From positions 7,633 to 71,632 of the forward strand of contig JBCCEK010000001.1 of the NCBI GenBank assembly GCA_039030295.1: a stretch of 64,000 bases of DNA, given 5' to 3'. Positions within the stretch are counted from its first letter, which is position 1. Each line of letters starts with the position of its first letter. Positions 1-9,332 of the stretch are shown piece after piece. This DNA comes from Myxococcota bacterium (GTDB lineage: Bacteria > Myxococcota_A > Polyangia > Polyangiales > Houyiibacteriaceae). The notes beneath the pieces are model-generated. The model was not told the origin of the DNA. It worked only from the letters and a program-made list of their open reading frames with translations, and did no database searches. The translations under genes and the position numbers were made by a program.

Positions 1-448
1 CGATGGCAGTTAGCGCCGCATCCCGTCCTTTGTTTCCGTGGTCGCCTCCTGCGCGTGCGGTCGCCTGGGCCTCGTCGTCTGTCGTCAGCACCCCGAACGC
101 GACGGGCACCCCAGTGTCCAGCATGACGCGCATCAAACCTCGTGTGGCGCCGTCACAGACATAGTCGAAGTGCGGCGTGCCTCCGCGGATGACTGCGCCG
201 AGCGCGATGATCGCGTCGTAGCGTCCCGTCTTGGCGAGCTTGAGAGCCACGTGGGAAAGCTCCCAGGCCCCCGGTACTTGGTGGACGTCGACCGTCCCAG
301 CATCGATGCCGTGGTCGGAGAGGCACGTTGTGGCACCGTCGACCAGCGCCTGCACGATCGGTCGGTTGAACCGCGACCAAACGATGGCGAATCGCGCGTC
401 CGCGGGCGCGACGACCGGCAACGAGGGGGCGTTTGGGTCTTGGCTCAT
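1..448 (-). CDS. ribH: 6,7-dimethyl-8-ribityllumazine synthase (3' end cut by window edge)
   Basis: My own minus-strand translation from the ATG at 446-448 gives [39 protein letters not shown]...ALGAVIRGGTPHFDYVCD...GVLTTDDEAQA. The frame stays open to position 1, so it is absent from the ORF track. Its start overlaps the ribBA stop (ATGA). It lies last in the rib operon. Confidence 0.85.
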   Translation of the reverse strand, partial: MSQDPNAPSLPVVAPADARFAIVWSRFNRPIVQALVDGATTCLSDHGIDAGTVDVHQVPGAWELSHVALKLAKTGRYDAIIALGAVIRGGTPHFDYVCDGATRGLMRVMLDTGVPVAFGVLTTDDEAQATARAGGDHGNKGRDAALTAI

Positions 449-1611
449 GGGCTCTTCTGCGGAACGGGACCGGCGGGTTCGAGTTCGCCTCCAGGCATCA
501 CGCGAAGCTGTTCGACGACGTTGAGCCCGTAGGCGTCCAGGCTCGGAATGCGGCGGGGGCGATTCGTGAGGATTCGAAGCTGCTTCATCCCGAGGTCAGC
601 CAGCACCTGGGCACCAAACCCGTACTCCCGGAGCACCACGCCGGGCTCCTCGGGCGGTCGCTTGATCGGCTCGTCCAGGTAGAATGCCAAGTCGGTATCC
701 GGGTCCGGGTGACCCGGCAAGAACAGGATGACGCCCTCGCCCTCGCGCTCGATGGCGTCGACGACGTCCGCGATGTGAACACGCTCCCGCATGCGCACAT
801 GGAAGGCGTCGCCGAGCACGCTACCGCGATGCACCCGAACCAGCGTAGGTCCGTCGGTGATGTTTCCGAAGCTCAGAGCCATGAACTGCTGATCCCGACC
901 GACTTGAACTTCGTATGCCGATGCGGTCCATGTCTTGCCCGTCGGCATCTCCACCGGCGTCTGGCGAATCAGACTCACGAGCCGTTCGCGCGCGAGCCGA
1001 TACTCGATCAGATCTGCGATGGTGATGAGACGCAGGTCGTGCTCCTTCGAGAACTCGACGAGGTCCGGGTAGCGAGCCATCGTGCCATCGTCTTTCATGA
1101 TCTCGCAGATGACACCGGCGGGCTTGAGCCCCGCGAGCCGCGCGAGGTCGACCGATCCCTCGGTGTGGCCGGTGCGCTGAAGGACGCCGCCTGGAACGGC
1201 CTTGAGAGGAAACACGTGCCCTGGACTGACGAGATCCGCAGGCCCTGCTTCGTCGGCCACCGCCGTCAAGATCGTGTGGGCGCGATCGGCGGCGCTGATG
1301 CCTGTGGTCACGCCGTGGCGTGCTTCCACCGATACGGTGAAAGCCGTCGCTCGGGAGGAACGATTCTCATCCACCATCATCGGCAGGTCGAGACGCTGAA
1401 TGCACTCCTCCGTGAGGCTCAGACAGATGAGGCCGCGGGCATGACGAGCCATGAAATTGATGGTGTCGGCGTCGGCCTTCTCAGCGGCCATGCAGACATC
1501 GCCCTCGTTTTCGCGGTCTTCGTCGTCGACGACGATGACCATTTTCCCTTGGCGGATGTCATCGAGTGCCGCGACGACCCGCTCGATTGCGCTCGTCATG
1601 CGCCCGACCAT
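445..1611 (-). CDS. ribBA: bifunctional 3,4-dihydroxy-2-butanone-4-phosphate synthase / GTP cyclohydrolase II
   Basis: 388-aa ORF containing [17 protein letters not shown], the [15 protein letters not shown]-synthase motifs and a C-terminal GTP cyclohydrolase II half. Rib operon context. Confidence 0.95.
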   Translation of the reverse strand: MVGRMTSAIERVVAALDDIRQGKMVIVVDDEDRENEGDVCMAAEKADADTINFMARHARGLICLSLTEECIQRLDLPMMVDENRSSRATAFTVSVEARHGVTTGISAADRAHTILTAVADEAGPADLVSPGHVFPLKAVPGGVLQRTGHTEGSVDLARLAGLKPAGVICEIMKDDGTMARYPDLVEFSKEHDLRLITIADLIEYRLARERLVSLIRQTPVEMPTGKTWTASAYEVQVGRDQQFMALSFGNITDGPTLVRVHRGSVLGDAFHVRMRERVHIADVVDAIEREGEGVILFLPGHPDPDTDLAFYLDEPIKRPPEEPGVVLREYGFGAQVLADLGMKQLRILTNRPRRIPSLDAYGLNVVEQLRVMPGGELEPAGPVPQKSP

Positions 1612-1653
1612 GACGCGAAACGGGGTCGGGTTCCAGCGGAGCGCTGCAGATGT

Positions 1654-2268
1654 TCAGCCCCTGTCGGCGGGGGCGCCGTCCACGCCGGGCTTCCCCATGA
1701 GACTGGCCACGTACTTCGCGAGAACATCGACTTCCAGATTGATCCGACAGTCCGACGCCATCGCGCCAAAGGTGGTTTCGTCGAGCGTGTAAGGCACCAA
1801 CATCACGTCGAAGCGAGCGCCGTTCACACCGTTGACGGTGAGGCTCACACCGTTGACCGTGATCGAACCCTTTGGAGCCAGGAAGGGCGCTAGACGGGCC
1901 GGCGCCTCGAAGGTAGCTCGGACGTACTCACCCGACGGAGTCTTGTCGACGAGTTTTCCCACACCGTCGACGTGACCCGTGACCAAGTGGCCGCCGAGCT
2001 TGTCACCGAGGGAGAGCGCGCGTTCGAGATGAACTCGGTCTCCGAGAGCTCGGTCCCCGAGGTTGCTCTTGTCCAGGGTTTCGTTGGACGCGTCTGCATC
2101 GAAGCTCGCTTCCGTGTTGGCCTTGACCGTGAGGCAGATTCCGTCGACGGCGATCGACTCACCGAGCTCGAACGGATGTAGTCCGCAGTCGATCCGTAGG
2201 GACATGCCGTCGTCTCTTCGATTGAGGTGCGCGATGGTGCCGACCTCTTGGACTAGCCCTGTGAACAT
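1654..2268 (-). CDS. ribE: riboflavin synthase alpha chain
   Basis: 204 aa beginning MFTGLVQEVGTI. The internal duplicated lumazine-binding repeat (GDRVHLERAL...GHLVTGHVDG) is typical of the family. Confidence 0.93.
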   Translation of the reverse strand: MFTGLVQEVGTIAHLNRRDDGMSLRIDCGLHPFELGESIAVDGICLTVKANTEASFDADASNETLDKSNLGDRALGDRVHLERALSLGDKLGGHLVTGHVDGVGKLVDKTPSGEYVRATFEAPARLAPFLAPKGSITVNGVSLTVNGVNGARFDVMLVPYTLDETTFGAMASDCRINLEVDVLAKYVASLMGKPGVDGAPADRG

Positions 2269-3371
2269 GCTGTGTTCCTTTCGAAGTCTCCGGTCACGAG
2301 CCAGTCATCGCCCAAGGCCCGGAACTCAGTGTGAATGAGTCGACTCGACTCGCTGACGGATTGGAGCACCCCGCCCCTCGCCAAAGAGACGGCCTCGTCG
2401 TCTCCCATGATGCGGGGGGCAATGAAGAGCGCCGCGCGATCGGCAAGGTCGGCACTGAGAAACGAACCGTGTACTTGCGCGCCCCCTTCGACCATCAGAC
2501 GTACGATGTCTCGGTCACCGAGGGTCCGCAAAACGGATTCGAGTGAGACACCGTGAGGGGAACGCGGAATGGCGATCAGGGTCGCCCCCGCCGCCTCGAG
2601 GGTTCGAACCCGCTGTGCCGGGGCGTCGTCCGCATGGAATAGCCAGGTCGGGGCCGCGGAGGTCGTCGTGAGCTGGAGGATCTTAGCGTCCGGTGGCGTT
2701 CGTAGGTTGGCGTCGAGCACGACTCGCGCGGGGTCGGGTCCGTCGACGTGGCGCACGTCGAGTTGGGGGTTGTCGGCCAGCACGGTGCCGACGCCAACGA
2801 GAATGGCGTCGGTGGCAGCCCGCATGCGATGGGTCTCGGTTCGCGCCTCGATGCCGGTAATCCACTTCGAGTCGCCCGTGCGACTGGCCAGCTTGCCGTC
2901 CAGGGTGATCGCAGCCTTCAGTGTGACGAACGGCGTTCCGGTGCGGTGGTGCTTTCGGAAGTCGGCTACGAGGCGGGTCGCATCCATCTCGCACACACCC
3001 ACCAAGACCTCGATGCCGGCTGCGCGCAGCCGTTCGACGCCGCTCGGCCCGTGGTCGGCCGGGTCGCGACACCCGATCACAACCCGGACGACGCCAGCGT
3101 CGATGATCGCCTCGGTACAAGGGCCAGTTCGTCCGTGGTGATTGCAGGGCTCGAGCGTGACGTACATCGTTGCGCCCCCCACAGGTTGGCCCGCGTTCGC
3201 AAGTGCCGCGACCTCTGCGTGCGCTTGTCCAGCCTCGGCGTGGTGGCCCCGTCCAAGGATGTCGCCTTCTCGAACGATCACGCAGCCGACGCGCGGGTTC
3301 GGACTCGGGTTGCCGCGGCGAGCCTCTTCGAGCGCAAGCTCCATGAACCGGACGTCATCGCCCGTCGCCAT
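2253..3371 (-). CDS. ribD: bifunctional diaminohydroxyphosphoribosylaminopyrimidine deaminase / 5-amino-6-(5-phosphoribosylamino)uracil reductase
   Basis: 372 aa with the deaminase zinc motif HAEVAAL...TLEPCNHHGRTGPC, followed by a reductase domain. Overlaps ribE by 16 nt. Confidence 0.93.
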   Translation of the reverse strand: MATGDDVRFMELALEEARRGNPSPNPRVGCVIVREGDILGRGHHAEAGQAHAEVAALANAGQPVGGATMYVTLEPCNHHGRTGPCTEAIIDAGVVRVVIGCRDPADHGPSGVERLRAAGIEVLVGVCEMDATRLVADFRKHHRTGTPFVTLKAAITLDGKLASRTGDSKWITGIEARTETHRMRAATDAILVGVGTVLADNPQLDVRHVDGPDPARVVLDANLRTPPDAKILQLTTTSAAPTWLFHADDAPAQRVRTLEAAGATLIAIPRSPHGVSLESVLRTLGDRDIVRLMVEGGAQVHGSFLSADLADRAALFIAPRIMGDDEAVSLARGGVLQSVSESSRLIHTEFRALGDDWLVTGDFERNTACSQG

Positions 3372-3822
3372 CTCGACCCTTCAACTTGGTCAGCTCTTCG
3401 AGGAACTGGCTCACGTCCTGGAAGTCTCGGTAGACGCTTGCGAATCGAACGTACGCGACCTGATCGAGGTCGCGGAGCTCAACCAACACTTGGTCCCCGA
3501 GCTGTGTCGCCGAAACCTCTTGTTCACCCGTGTCGGCCATCCAGCGTTCAACCTGGCTGAGGAGCCGCTCGAGGGCTTCAGCGGAGATCGGGCGCTTCAC
3601 GCAGGCGCGGCGAAGACCCGCGAGAAGCTTGTTGCGGTCATAGGGCTGGCGTCGTCCGTCATTCTTGATCACCAACGGGAGCATCTGCTCGACGCGCTCG
3701 TAGGTCGTGTAACGGCGCCCGCACTTCTCGCACTCGCGCCGCCGCCGCGTCACTTCTCCGGCCTGCGACAGCCGCGAGTCGATCACGCGATTGTCGAGGG
3801 TTCCGCAATAGGGGCAGCGCAT
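3355..3822 (-). CDS. nrdR: transcriptional repressor NrdR
   Basis: Internal start of the 520-aa ORF at the ATG at 3820-3822: MRCPYCGTLDNRVIDSRL...CEKCGRRYTTYERV (zinc ribbon) plus an ATP-cone; 155 aa. The upstream 365 codons are Arg/Gly-rich, which looks like GC-driven read-through. Confidence 0.93.
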   Translation of the reverse strand: MRCPYCGTLDNRVIDSRLSQAGEVTRRRRECEKCGRRYTTYERVEQMLPLVIKNDGRRQPYDRNKLLAGLRRACVKRPISAEALERLLSQVERWMADTGEQEVSATQLGDQVLVELRDLDQVAYVRFASVYRDFQDVSQFLEELTKLKGRDGDGR

Positions 3823-3878
3823 CGGCTGGAACGCTAGCGCCCCCACTGAACCAGAGCAATGAGAGGCCTCGCGAGACC

Positions 3879-5126
3879 TCAGCGCACCAAACGAACGACG
3901 CTCTCGAGGTGAGCGGTCTGCGGGAACATGTCGAAGGCGACCGCTTCGTCGACCGCGAAGCCCTCGTCGCAGGCGAGCCGCAGGTCTCGCGCGAGCGTAG
4001 CGGTGTCGCACGACACGTAGACGATCCTCTTCGCAGAGGCCCAGACGCCGCGCTGCTCGAAAAGCTCTTTGGCGCCTTGCCTCGGTGGATCGAGGACCAC
4101 CACGTCGTAGCGACCTTTCGGAGGACTCGATGCGTCGCCCTCCACGATGTTCGCGCTGAGCCCGCGCTGGTCGACGTTGCGTCGACAGGCCTCGGTGGCT
4201 GCTCGGTCCCGCTCGACGGCGACCAACTTGGCCGCGCCATCGGCAAGTCCAACGGTGAAGTTTCCGATGCCACAGTGCAGCTCGAGGACCCGCATTCCTT
4301 CTGGTGCAGCGAGGCGAATCACCTCTTCCACGAGACGCTGATTGACCCGGTCGTTCGCCTGCGAGAAGCCTCCGAGCGGCGCGTGGAGCGGGCGGCCGTC
4401 CGGAGCGGGGACCTCGATGTCGATCCGTCCCCAAGTCGCCGGCGCACCCGCCCCGATCCCGCAGGCCACGCCCGCGATCACGGGATGTGCAGAGAGCGCC
4501 TCGCAGGCTTCGAAGAGCTCCGGTGACTGCGTGTCGTTCGACACCATCTCGACGACCACGCCTCCCGTGGTCCGCGAGAGCTGAACTTCCCCCTCCCCCT
4601 CCAGCAGGTTGGCGAGATGATCTCGCGCTGCAGTCCAGGCCACGTCGAGCTCGGGCTCGAGCACCAGGCAGGTCTCGACGTCGACGACCCGGTGGCTGCT
4701 TCGGCGTCGGTACCCGAGTGTCCCCCGCCGCCAGGCGAGGCGTGCGCGTCGTCGGTAGTGTTCCTGTCGCTCCGATCCGACCCATCGCAAGGTGACGTTC
4801 TCGGCACCCGGTAGCCCTTGGTAGGCGTCGACCAGGAAGCCCTCCTTGACGCGCCGCTGAAGACTCGGCGAGGCGATCATCAGGGGGCACCCACCGCATC
4901 GGTCCGCAATGTCGCATGGAGGGTGGCGCCGTTCGGACGATGGCTCCAGCACCTTCGCCAGGGCTCCTCGCTTGGCGCCGCGACGCGAACCGGTGCGCTC
5001 GACCTCGACACGTTCGTCTGGCAGCGCGCCGTGCGCGAACACGATCCCGTCGGCGGTCTGGACAATCGAGTCTCCACCTCGTCCAATCGCGCGGACTCGC
5101 CCTTCAATCCGGCCGCCCTTGGCCAT
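3879..5126 (-). CDS. RumA/RlmD-family RNA (uracil-5-)-methyltransferase
   Basis: 415 aa with a TRAM-like N-terminus, the Fe-S Cys cluster CDIADRCGGCPL, the SAM motif VLELHCGIGNFT and DPPRQG. The specific substrate cannot be assigned. Confidence 0.8.
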   Translation of the reverse strand: MAKGGRIEGRVRAIGRGGDSIVQTADGIVFAHGALPDERVEVERTGSRRGAKRGALAKVLEPSSERRHPPCDIADRCGGCPLMIASPSLQRRVKEGFLVDAYQGLPGAENVTLRWVGSERQEHYRRRARLAWRRGTLGYRRRSSHRVVDVETCLVLEPELDVAWTAARDHLANLLEGEGEVQLSRTTGGVVVEMVSNDTQSPELFEACEALSAHPVIAGVACGIGAGAPATWGRIDIEVPAPDGRPLHAPLGGFSQANDRVNQRLVEEVIRLAAPEGMRVLELHCGIGNFTVGLADGAAKLVAVERDRAATEACRRNVDQRGLSANIVEGDASSPPKGRYDVVVLDPPRQGAKELFEQRGVWASAKRIVYVSCDTATLARDLRLACDEGFAVDEAVAFDMFPQTAHLESVVRLVR

Positions 5127-5725
5127 CAGAAGGAGAAGTTCTGCGCAGGCCGGCCGCGTTGATAGAGGAAGGTGAAGTCGCCGCTCAACACCGCTCGGCG
5201 ATTCTCCGGGTCGTCGGTATCGACGAACAGAACGTCTGTGAAAACCGCCGTCGTGATGCGATTGTCATTGGAAATCCACGGAACGAAGAGCTCGTCGAAC
5301 TGGATCGTGCCGGAGATCGAACGGTAGACCACCGGAATGTCGGTGGGACAGGTCGAGTTCAAGTAGACCGTCATCTCGACCGCCGGATCGAATCTCTCGA
5401 GCGGGATCTCGATGCCAAGCATCTCGTCTTTGACCATCTCAGGCTCTGCGATGAAGACGGAGAGGCCATTGCTCAGATTCGGGATGTCGCTGCCCCGCTG
5501 AATGCGAATGTCGATGATCTCGACGGTCGTGCTTGGTTGCATCGCGAAGAAGTTGGGATCGAGCGAGAACGGTTCGCCATCCAATCCGCACTCGGGCGCC
5601 CACACCTGCCCCGTTGCCGTTCCCTCTCCGCGGCCCGTACTGCATCCGGACGCCTGGAGCGCCCCCATCACCAAGAACCCCAGCAGGACCCCGCCGGCTA
5701 CAACGGTTCGCGGCAGGCTACGCAA
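5126..5725 (-). CDS. lipoprotein of unknown function
   Basis: 199 aa with a signal peptide and lipobox (VMGALQASGC). Its stop shares 1 nt with the start of the downstream methyltransferase, and it overlaps mnmA by 8 nt. Confidence 0.6.
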   Translation of the reverse strand: MRSLPRTVVAGGVLLGFLVMGALQASGCSTGRGEGTATGQVWAPECGLDGEPFSLDPNFFAMQPSTTVEIIDIRIQRGSDIPNLSNGLSVFIAEPEMVKDEMLGIEIPLERFDPAVEMTVYLNSTCPTDIPVVYRSISGTIQFDELFVPWISNDNRITTAVFTDVLFVDTDDPENRRAVLSGDFTFLYQRGRPAQNFSF

Positions 5726-6779
5726 TGAAACCCCCGCCGATCACTTCGTCGCCCCGATAGACGACCGCCGCCTGGCCCGGAGTAATGGCTCGTTGGGGTT
5801 CGCCGAACTCGACGACGAAGCCCTGCGCGGCCGGTGTGATCACCCCCTGTGCGCCGCGGTGTCGGTAGCGGATACGCACCTCGCCTTCGAAAGCGTCGGA
5901 GGGTTCGCCGCAGAGCCAATGCGCGTCTCGGGCGACCAACCGCCGTGTGTAGAGGTCGCGTTCCTCGCCGACGACGACTTCGTCTCGTTCGGGAACGATG
6001 CGGAGCACATAGCGAGCGCCGCCACCGCCGATCCCGAGGCCCCTTCGCTGACCGCGCGTGAAGTTCGCGATCCCTTCGTGTTCGCCGAGGACCTTGCCGT
6101 CGGGGTCGACGATGTGCCCGCGACGAGTGGGCCGGCCCTGCCCTTGGATGAACCGGCCGACGCCGCCATCGGGGACGAAGCAGAGCTCTTGAGAGTCCGG
6201 TTTGTCCGCATTGGGGACTCCCAGGCGTCGCCCTGCCTCGCGAACTTCGGTCTTGGTGAGGTTGCCGAGGGGAAGGACCAGCCGCCGGAGCGTGCGTTGT
6301 GGGAGCCCAAAGAGAAAGTAACTCTGGTCCTTGTCGCTATCTCGGCCCCTCAGGAGCCTGTGGGCTCCGTCATCGGTCGCTTCGATTCGTGCGTAGTGCC
6401 CGGTCGCGATGTGAGTCGCCCCGAGTCGGTCTGCCACGTCGGTCAGGTAGGTGAGCTTCACCGTGCGGTTGCAGTTGACGCATGGGATGGGGGTCTCCCC
6501 TCGTAGGTAGTCGGCGATGAAAGGCTCGACCACCTCGTTTCGGAACGCCTCGCGTTCGTCGAGCACGTAGTGCGGCACCCCGAGCGCCTCACACGTTCGC
6601 CGCGCGTCGTCCCGGTCTTCGGGTGCGCAGCAGCGCCCGACCTTGGAACCCCCTTCCGCGTCCCATAGGTGAAGGGTGACCCCCAGGACATCGTGGCCCT
6701 GTTCGCGCAGCAGCGCGGCCGCAACCGACGAGTCAACGCCGCCGCTCATCGCGACCAGGATTCTTGGGGAGGTGGACAT
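5718..6779 (-). CDS. mnmA: tRNA 2-thiouridine(34) synthase
   Basis: 353 aa. PP-loop ILVAMSGGVDSSVAAALL and catalytic-cysteine context CVNCN; typical length. Confidence 0.95.
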   Translation of the reverse strand: MSTSPRILVAMSGGVDSSVAAALLREQGHDVLGVTLHLWDAEGGSKVGRCCAPEDRDDARRTCEALGVPHYVLDEREAFRNEVVEPFIADYLRGETPIPCVNCNRTVKLTYLTDVADRLGATHIATGHYARIEATDDGAHRLLRGRDSDKDQSYFLFGLPQRTLRRLVLPLGNLTKTEVREAGRRLGVPNADKPDSQELCFVPDGGVGRFIQGQGRPTRRGHIVDPDGKVLGEHEGIANFTRGQRRGLGIGGGGARYVLRIVPERDEVVVGEERDLYTRRLVARDAHWLCGEPSDAFEGEVRIRYRHRGAQGVITPAAQGFVVEFGEPQRAITPGQAAVVYRGDEVIGGGFIA

Positions 6780-6950
6780 TGTCGGACTACTGAACAGACA
6801 TACCGGCTTCTATTACACTTAATGGAAACGTATATTGTCTAAATTACCAAAGTCAATTAACCAATAAAATCAGTTATTTATAGCACTAATCTAAAACGAG
6901 TCCTGGCTTTGTTTTCGCTGACCTCGAATTTGGTTGAGATTTGAAGTCGT
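6780..6950. other. AT-rich island (about 36% GC overall; core about 26% GC) between the cysteine desulfurase and mnmA
   Basis: Hand base counting per 10-mer gives about 23 G+C in a 90-nt core (about 6811-6900), against roughly two-thirds G+C elsewhere. The last ~20 codons of the desulfurase ORF (..STTSNLNQIRGQRKQSQDSF) are read from this island. Confidence 0.8.
6830..6858 (-). promoter_or_regulatory. candidate sigma-70-type promoter for mnmA inside the AT-rich island
   Basis: The minus strand reads TTGACT-N16-TATACG about 50 nt upstream of the mnmA ATG. Coordinates are +/-1 nt. Pattern match only. Confidence 0.3.
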
Positions 6951-8051
6951 ACTTCGGGCGAGCACCACCCCAAACGCCTCACGGGCCCGAGCGATCTCAT
7001 CGTCGCGGGTCTCGATACCTAGACTGATTCGAACCGCCGATCCAGCGCGCCACTGCTCATCCGGATACATGGCGAGCAGCACCTCCGAAGGGGCCTGCAC
7101 CCCGGACGAACAAGCCGCCCCGGTCGACACGCAGACCCCCTCGAGGTCGAGCGCGGCGACGAGCACCGCGCCGTCCCAGCCTTCGAAGCTCACATTGGAG
7201 GCGGTCGAAGTTCGTGGAGATACGCCGTTGACGACACCGCCCAGGCTGACGAGGTGTCGCTCGATCGCATCGCGGAGGCCCGCGAGTCGAGGCTGTTGGT
7301 CGAGGCGCGAAGGCAACAGGGTCGCTGCCGCGCCGAAGCCCACCATCGACAGCGTGTCGGCGGTTCCAGGTCGTCGTCCTCGCTCCTGAGACCCGCCAGC
7401 CAGCGGTGAGTCGATATCCACGCCGCGCCGCACCCAGCAAGCCCCCGCGCCGGCGGGGGCGCCGATCTTCTGACCCGCGAACGCGACGGCGTCGGCCCCG
7501 AGGGCGGCGACGTCCACCGCGACCTTGCCGAGTGCCTGGGTGCCATCGATGAAGAGCCGCGCGCCCGCGTCGCGACACACCTCGGCATAGTCGCGGACCG
7601 GAAAGATGGTGCCCGTCTCGTGATTCACCCACTGGAGGGCAACCAGGGAGTCCGATGTGATGACGTTGGCAAGCTCGGAGCGCGATGGAGGCTCGCCACC
7701 GGGAACCGGAAGCTCCATCACCTCGACGCCCGCCTCGGCCAGCCGGGCCACGCTTGCGGAAACCGCCGGGTGCTCGACCGCGGTCGTGATCACTCTCCGA
7801 CGGCCGGCAGCGAGACCGCGAACGCCCAGGTTGCAAGCCTCGGTGCCCCCTCCCGTAAGCACGACATCGGCGGGCTCGGCGCCTATGGCGCCGGCGATCT
7901 TGGCGCGGGCGTCTTCGAGTGCCTGTTTCGCGGCTCGCCCAGCCGCGTGTGTGCTCGAAGGATTCGCCCATCCAACGGACTCGGCGTCTCGCATGGCCGC
8001 CCGCACCCCCGGGGGGACGGGCGTTGCGGCGTGGTGGTCGAGGTAGATCAC
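6891..8051 (-). CDS. cysteine desulfurase (class V aminotransferase, NifS/IscS-like)
   Basis: 386 aa with TGGGTEACNL, FAGQKIGAPAGAG (PLP-lysine context) and the active-site loop STGAACSSG. The GTG start overlaps the kinase stop (GTGA). Confidence 0.85.
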   Translation of the reverse strand: MIYLDHHAATPVPPGVRAAMRDAESVGWANPSSTHAAGRAAKQALEDARAKIAGAIGAEPADVVLTGGGTEACNLGVRGLAAGRRRVITTAVEHPAVSASVARLAEAGVEVMELPVPGGEPPSRSELANVITSDSLVALQWVNHETGTIFPVRDYAEVCRDAGARLFIDGTQALGKVAVDVAALGADAVAFAGQKIGAPAGAGACWVRRGVDIDSPLAGGSQERGRRPGTADTLSMVGFGAAATLLPSRLDQQPRLAGLRDAIERHLVSLGGVVNGVSPRTSTASNVSFEGWDGAVLVAALDLEGVCVSTGAACSSGVQAPSEVLLAMYPDEQWRAGSAVRISLGIETRDDEIARAREAFGVVLARSTTSNLNQIRGQRKQSQDSF

Positions 8052-9265
8052 GAGCTGACCGTCTCGAGCCGCTCCGGGGCGCGGTCGACCCGAAGCTCGA
8101 CCAACGTGCCGGAGAGCTGACGGTCGGCGACGCCCCCGGCGGGTGGGCTCGAAATCTCGATGCCTCCTCCGAGCGCCTCGGTCACGCGACGAGCGAATGC
8201 GAGCCCAAGACCGACTCCACCTTGCTCGCGAGTCACCGACCCGTCGACTTGGTAGAAGGGCTCCATGATTCGCGCGATGTGCTCCGGTCGGACTCCCGGG
8301 CCACTGTCCGCGACCCCGAACAGCAGGTGTTGAGGCCCCTCGGTACGAACCTCGACCGCGACCTCCCCGCCGATCGGTGTGAACTTGGAGGCGTTGTCGA
8401 GCACGTGAACCATCGCGCGCATGAGCTTGTCGGGGTCACCCTGCGCCGGGAGGGGTTCCTTTGGGATCCGTTCGACGAGGGTCACGTCGCGCTCGGAGAG
8501 CTTCTCGCGCATCTGCCTCAGCGCGCCCTCGGCGACCTCGCGGAAGTCGTAGGGCCGCGCGTAGTAGTGCATGCGGCCCGTCTCGAGGGAGCTGACATCC
8601 AGGAGCGTGTCGACGACAGCGCGCAGGCGTTGGGTGGAGGTCTCGATGGAGCCGAGGCATTTCTTCTGCAGATCGGTGAGCGGACCGAGTTCCTCGTTCA
8701 ACAGCAAGCGGAGGTAACCCACGACTGGGGTCATCGGCGTCGCGAGCTCGTGGCTTACGTTTTGCAGAAACTCGCGCCGGAGCCGGGCGACGTCTTCGAG
8801 TCGTTTGTTGGTTTCCGACAGCTCGACGATCTTCTTTTCGAGGTGCTCGACGATCTTCTGCGTGCGTTCGCGAAGGAGCACCTCACTTGCGTCATCCGCC
8901 CACTCACGGTGGCCCTCGAGGAACTGATCGATCGACTGCGCGAAATGGGAAGCATCGATCGGCTTCGAGATGAACCCGTCGCACCCGACCGCCAGGGTCG
9001 AATCGCGGTCGCCCTCGGCGGTGATGGCGACGATCGGCACGTCCTTGAGCGCGGGAATCCCCCTCAGCCGGAGCGTCACCTCGTATCCGTCGAGGTCGGG
9101 AATGTTGATGTCGACGAGGACCAGATCGGGCAGCGACTCGCGCGCCATTCGGATTCCCTCGACTCCCCCTTCCGCCTCGATCACCTCGTGTCCGGCGGCC
9201 CCGAGCAGCTTCTGGACCAGGCGACGATTGTTGGGGTCGTCCTCGATCTGCAGGACCCGAGCCAT
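8048..9265 (-). CDS. hybrid response-regulator receiver / histidine kinase (REC-HisKA-HATPase_c, soluble)
   Basis: 405 aa. N-terminal REC (LVLVDINIPDLDGYEV..FISKP), H-box FLQNVSHELATPMTPV, N-box VLDNASKF, and G-boxes DSGPGV and GGVGLGLA. I saw no TM segment. Confidence 0.85.
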   Translation of the reverse strand: MARVLQIEDDPNNRRLVQKLLGAAGHEVIEAEGGVEGIRMARESLPDLVLVDINIPDLDGYEVTLRLRGIPALKDVPIVAITAEGDRDSTLAVGCDGFISKPIDASHFAQSIDQFLEGHREWADDASEVLLRERTQKIVEHLEKKIVELSETNKRLEDVARLRREFLQNVSHELATPMTPVVGYLRLLLNEELGPLTDLQKKCLGSIETSTQRLRAVVDTLLDVSSLETGRMHYYARPYDFREVAEGALRQMREKLSERDVTLVERIPKEPLPAQGDPDKLMRAMVHVLDNASKFTPIGGEVAVEVRTEGPQHLLFGVADSGPGVRPEHIARIMEPFYQVDGSVTREQGGVGLGLAFARRVTEALGGGIEISSPPAGGVADRQLSGTLVELRVDRAPERLETVSS

Positions 9266-9332
9266 CGAGAAACGATGCTATCAGCGTATCGTGCTTGCCG
9301 CACGCGGGCGGCCTGGCTAGGCATTAGTAGAG

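Noticed and set aside
433-1893. 486-aa ORF on the + strand, antisense to ribBA/ribE
   Set aside because: It lies opposite clearly identifiable rib genes. Its composition is Arg/Gly/His/Val-rich with no motifs, the typical shadow ORF of high-GC DNA. The same reasoning applies to 13547-14674 (-), 36173-38128 (-), 45013-46353 (+), 46296-47714 (+), 48255-49382 (+), 56120-57139 (+), 58827-60191 (+) and similar long antisense frames.
3355-3900. FMN riboswitch upstream of the rib operon
   Set aside because: ribD overlaps nrdR by 17 nt, and the nrdR upstream spacer is only ~56 bp. That spacer holds one imperfect hairpin (GAGGCCTCGCGAGACCTC), more consistent with a terminator for the upstream gene. 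There is no room for an FMN aptamer.
3823-4917. 5' extension that makes the nrdR frame a 520-aa ORF
   Set aside because: The extension overlaps the well-supported RlmD-like gene in another frame and is Arg/Gly/Pro-rich. NrdR begins at the conserved MRCPYCG zinc ribbon.
6811-6900. Mini-ORFs inside the AT-rich island (for example ATGGAAACGTATATTGTCTAA on the + strand and ATGTCTGTTCAGTAG on the - strand)
   Set aside because: They are only 4-6 codons long with no ribosome-binding site I could see. In AT-rich sequence they are most likely chance occurrences.
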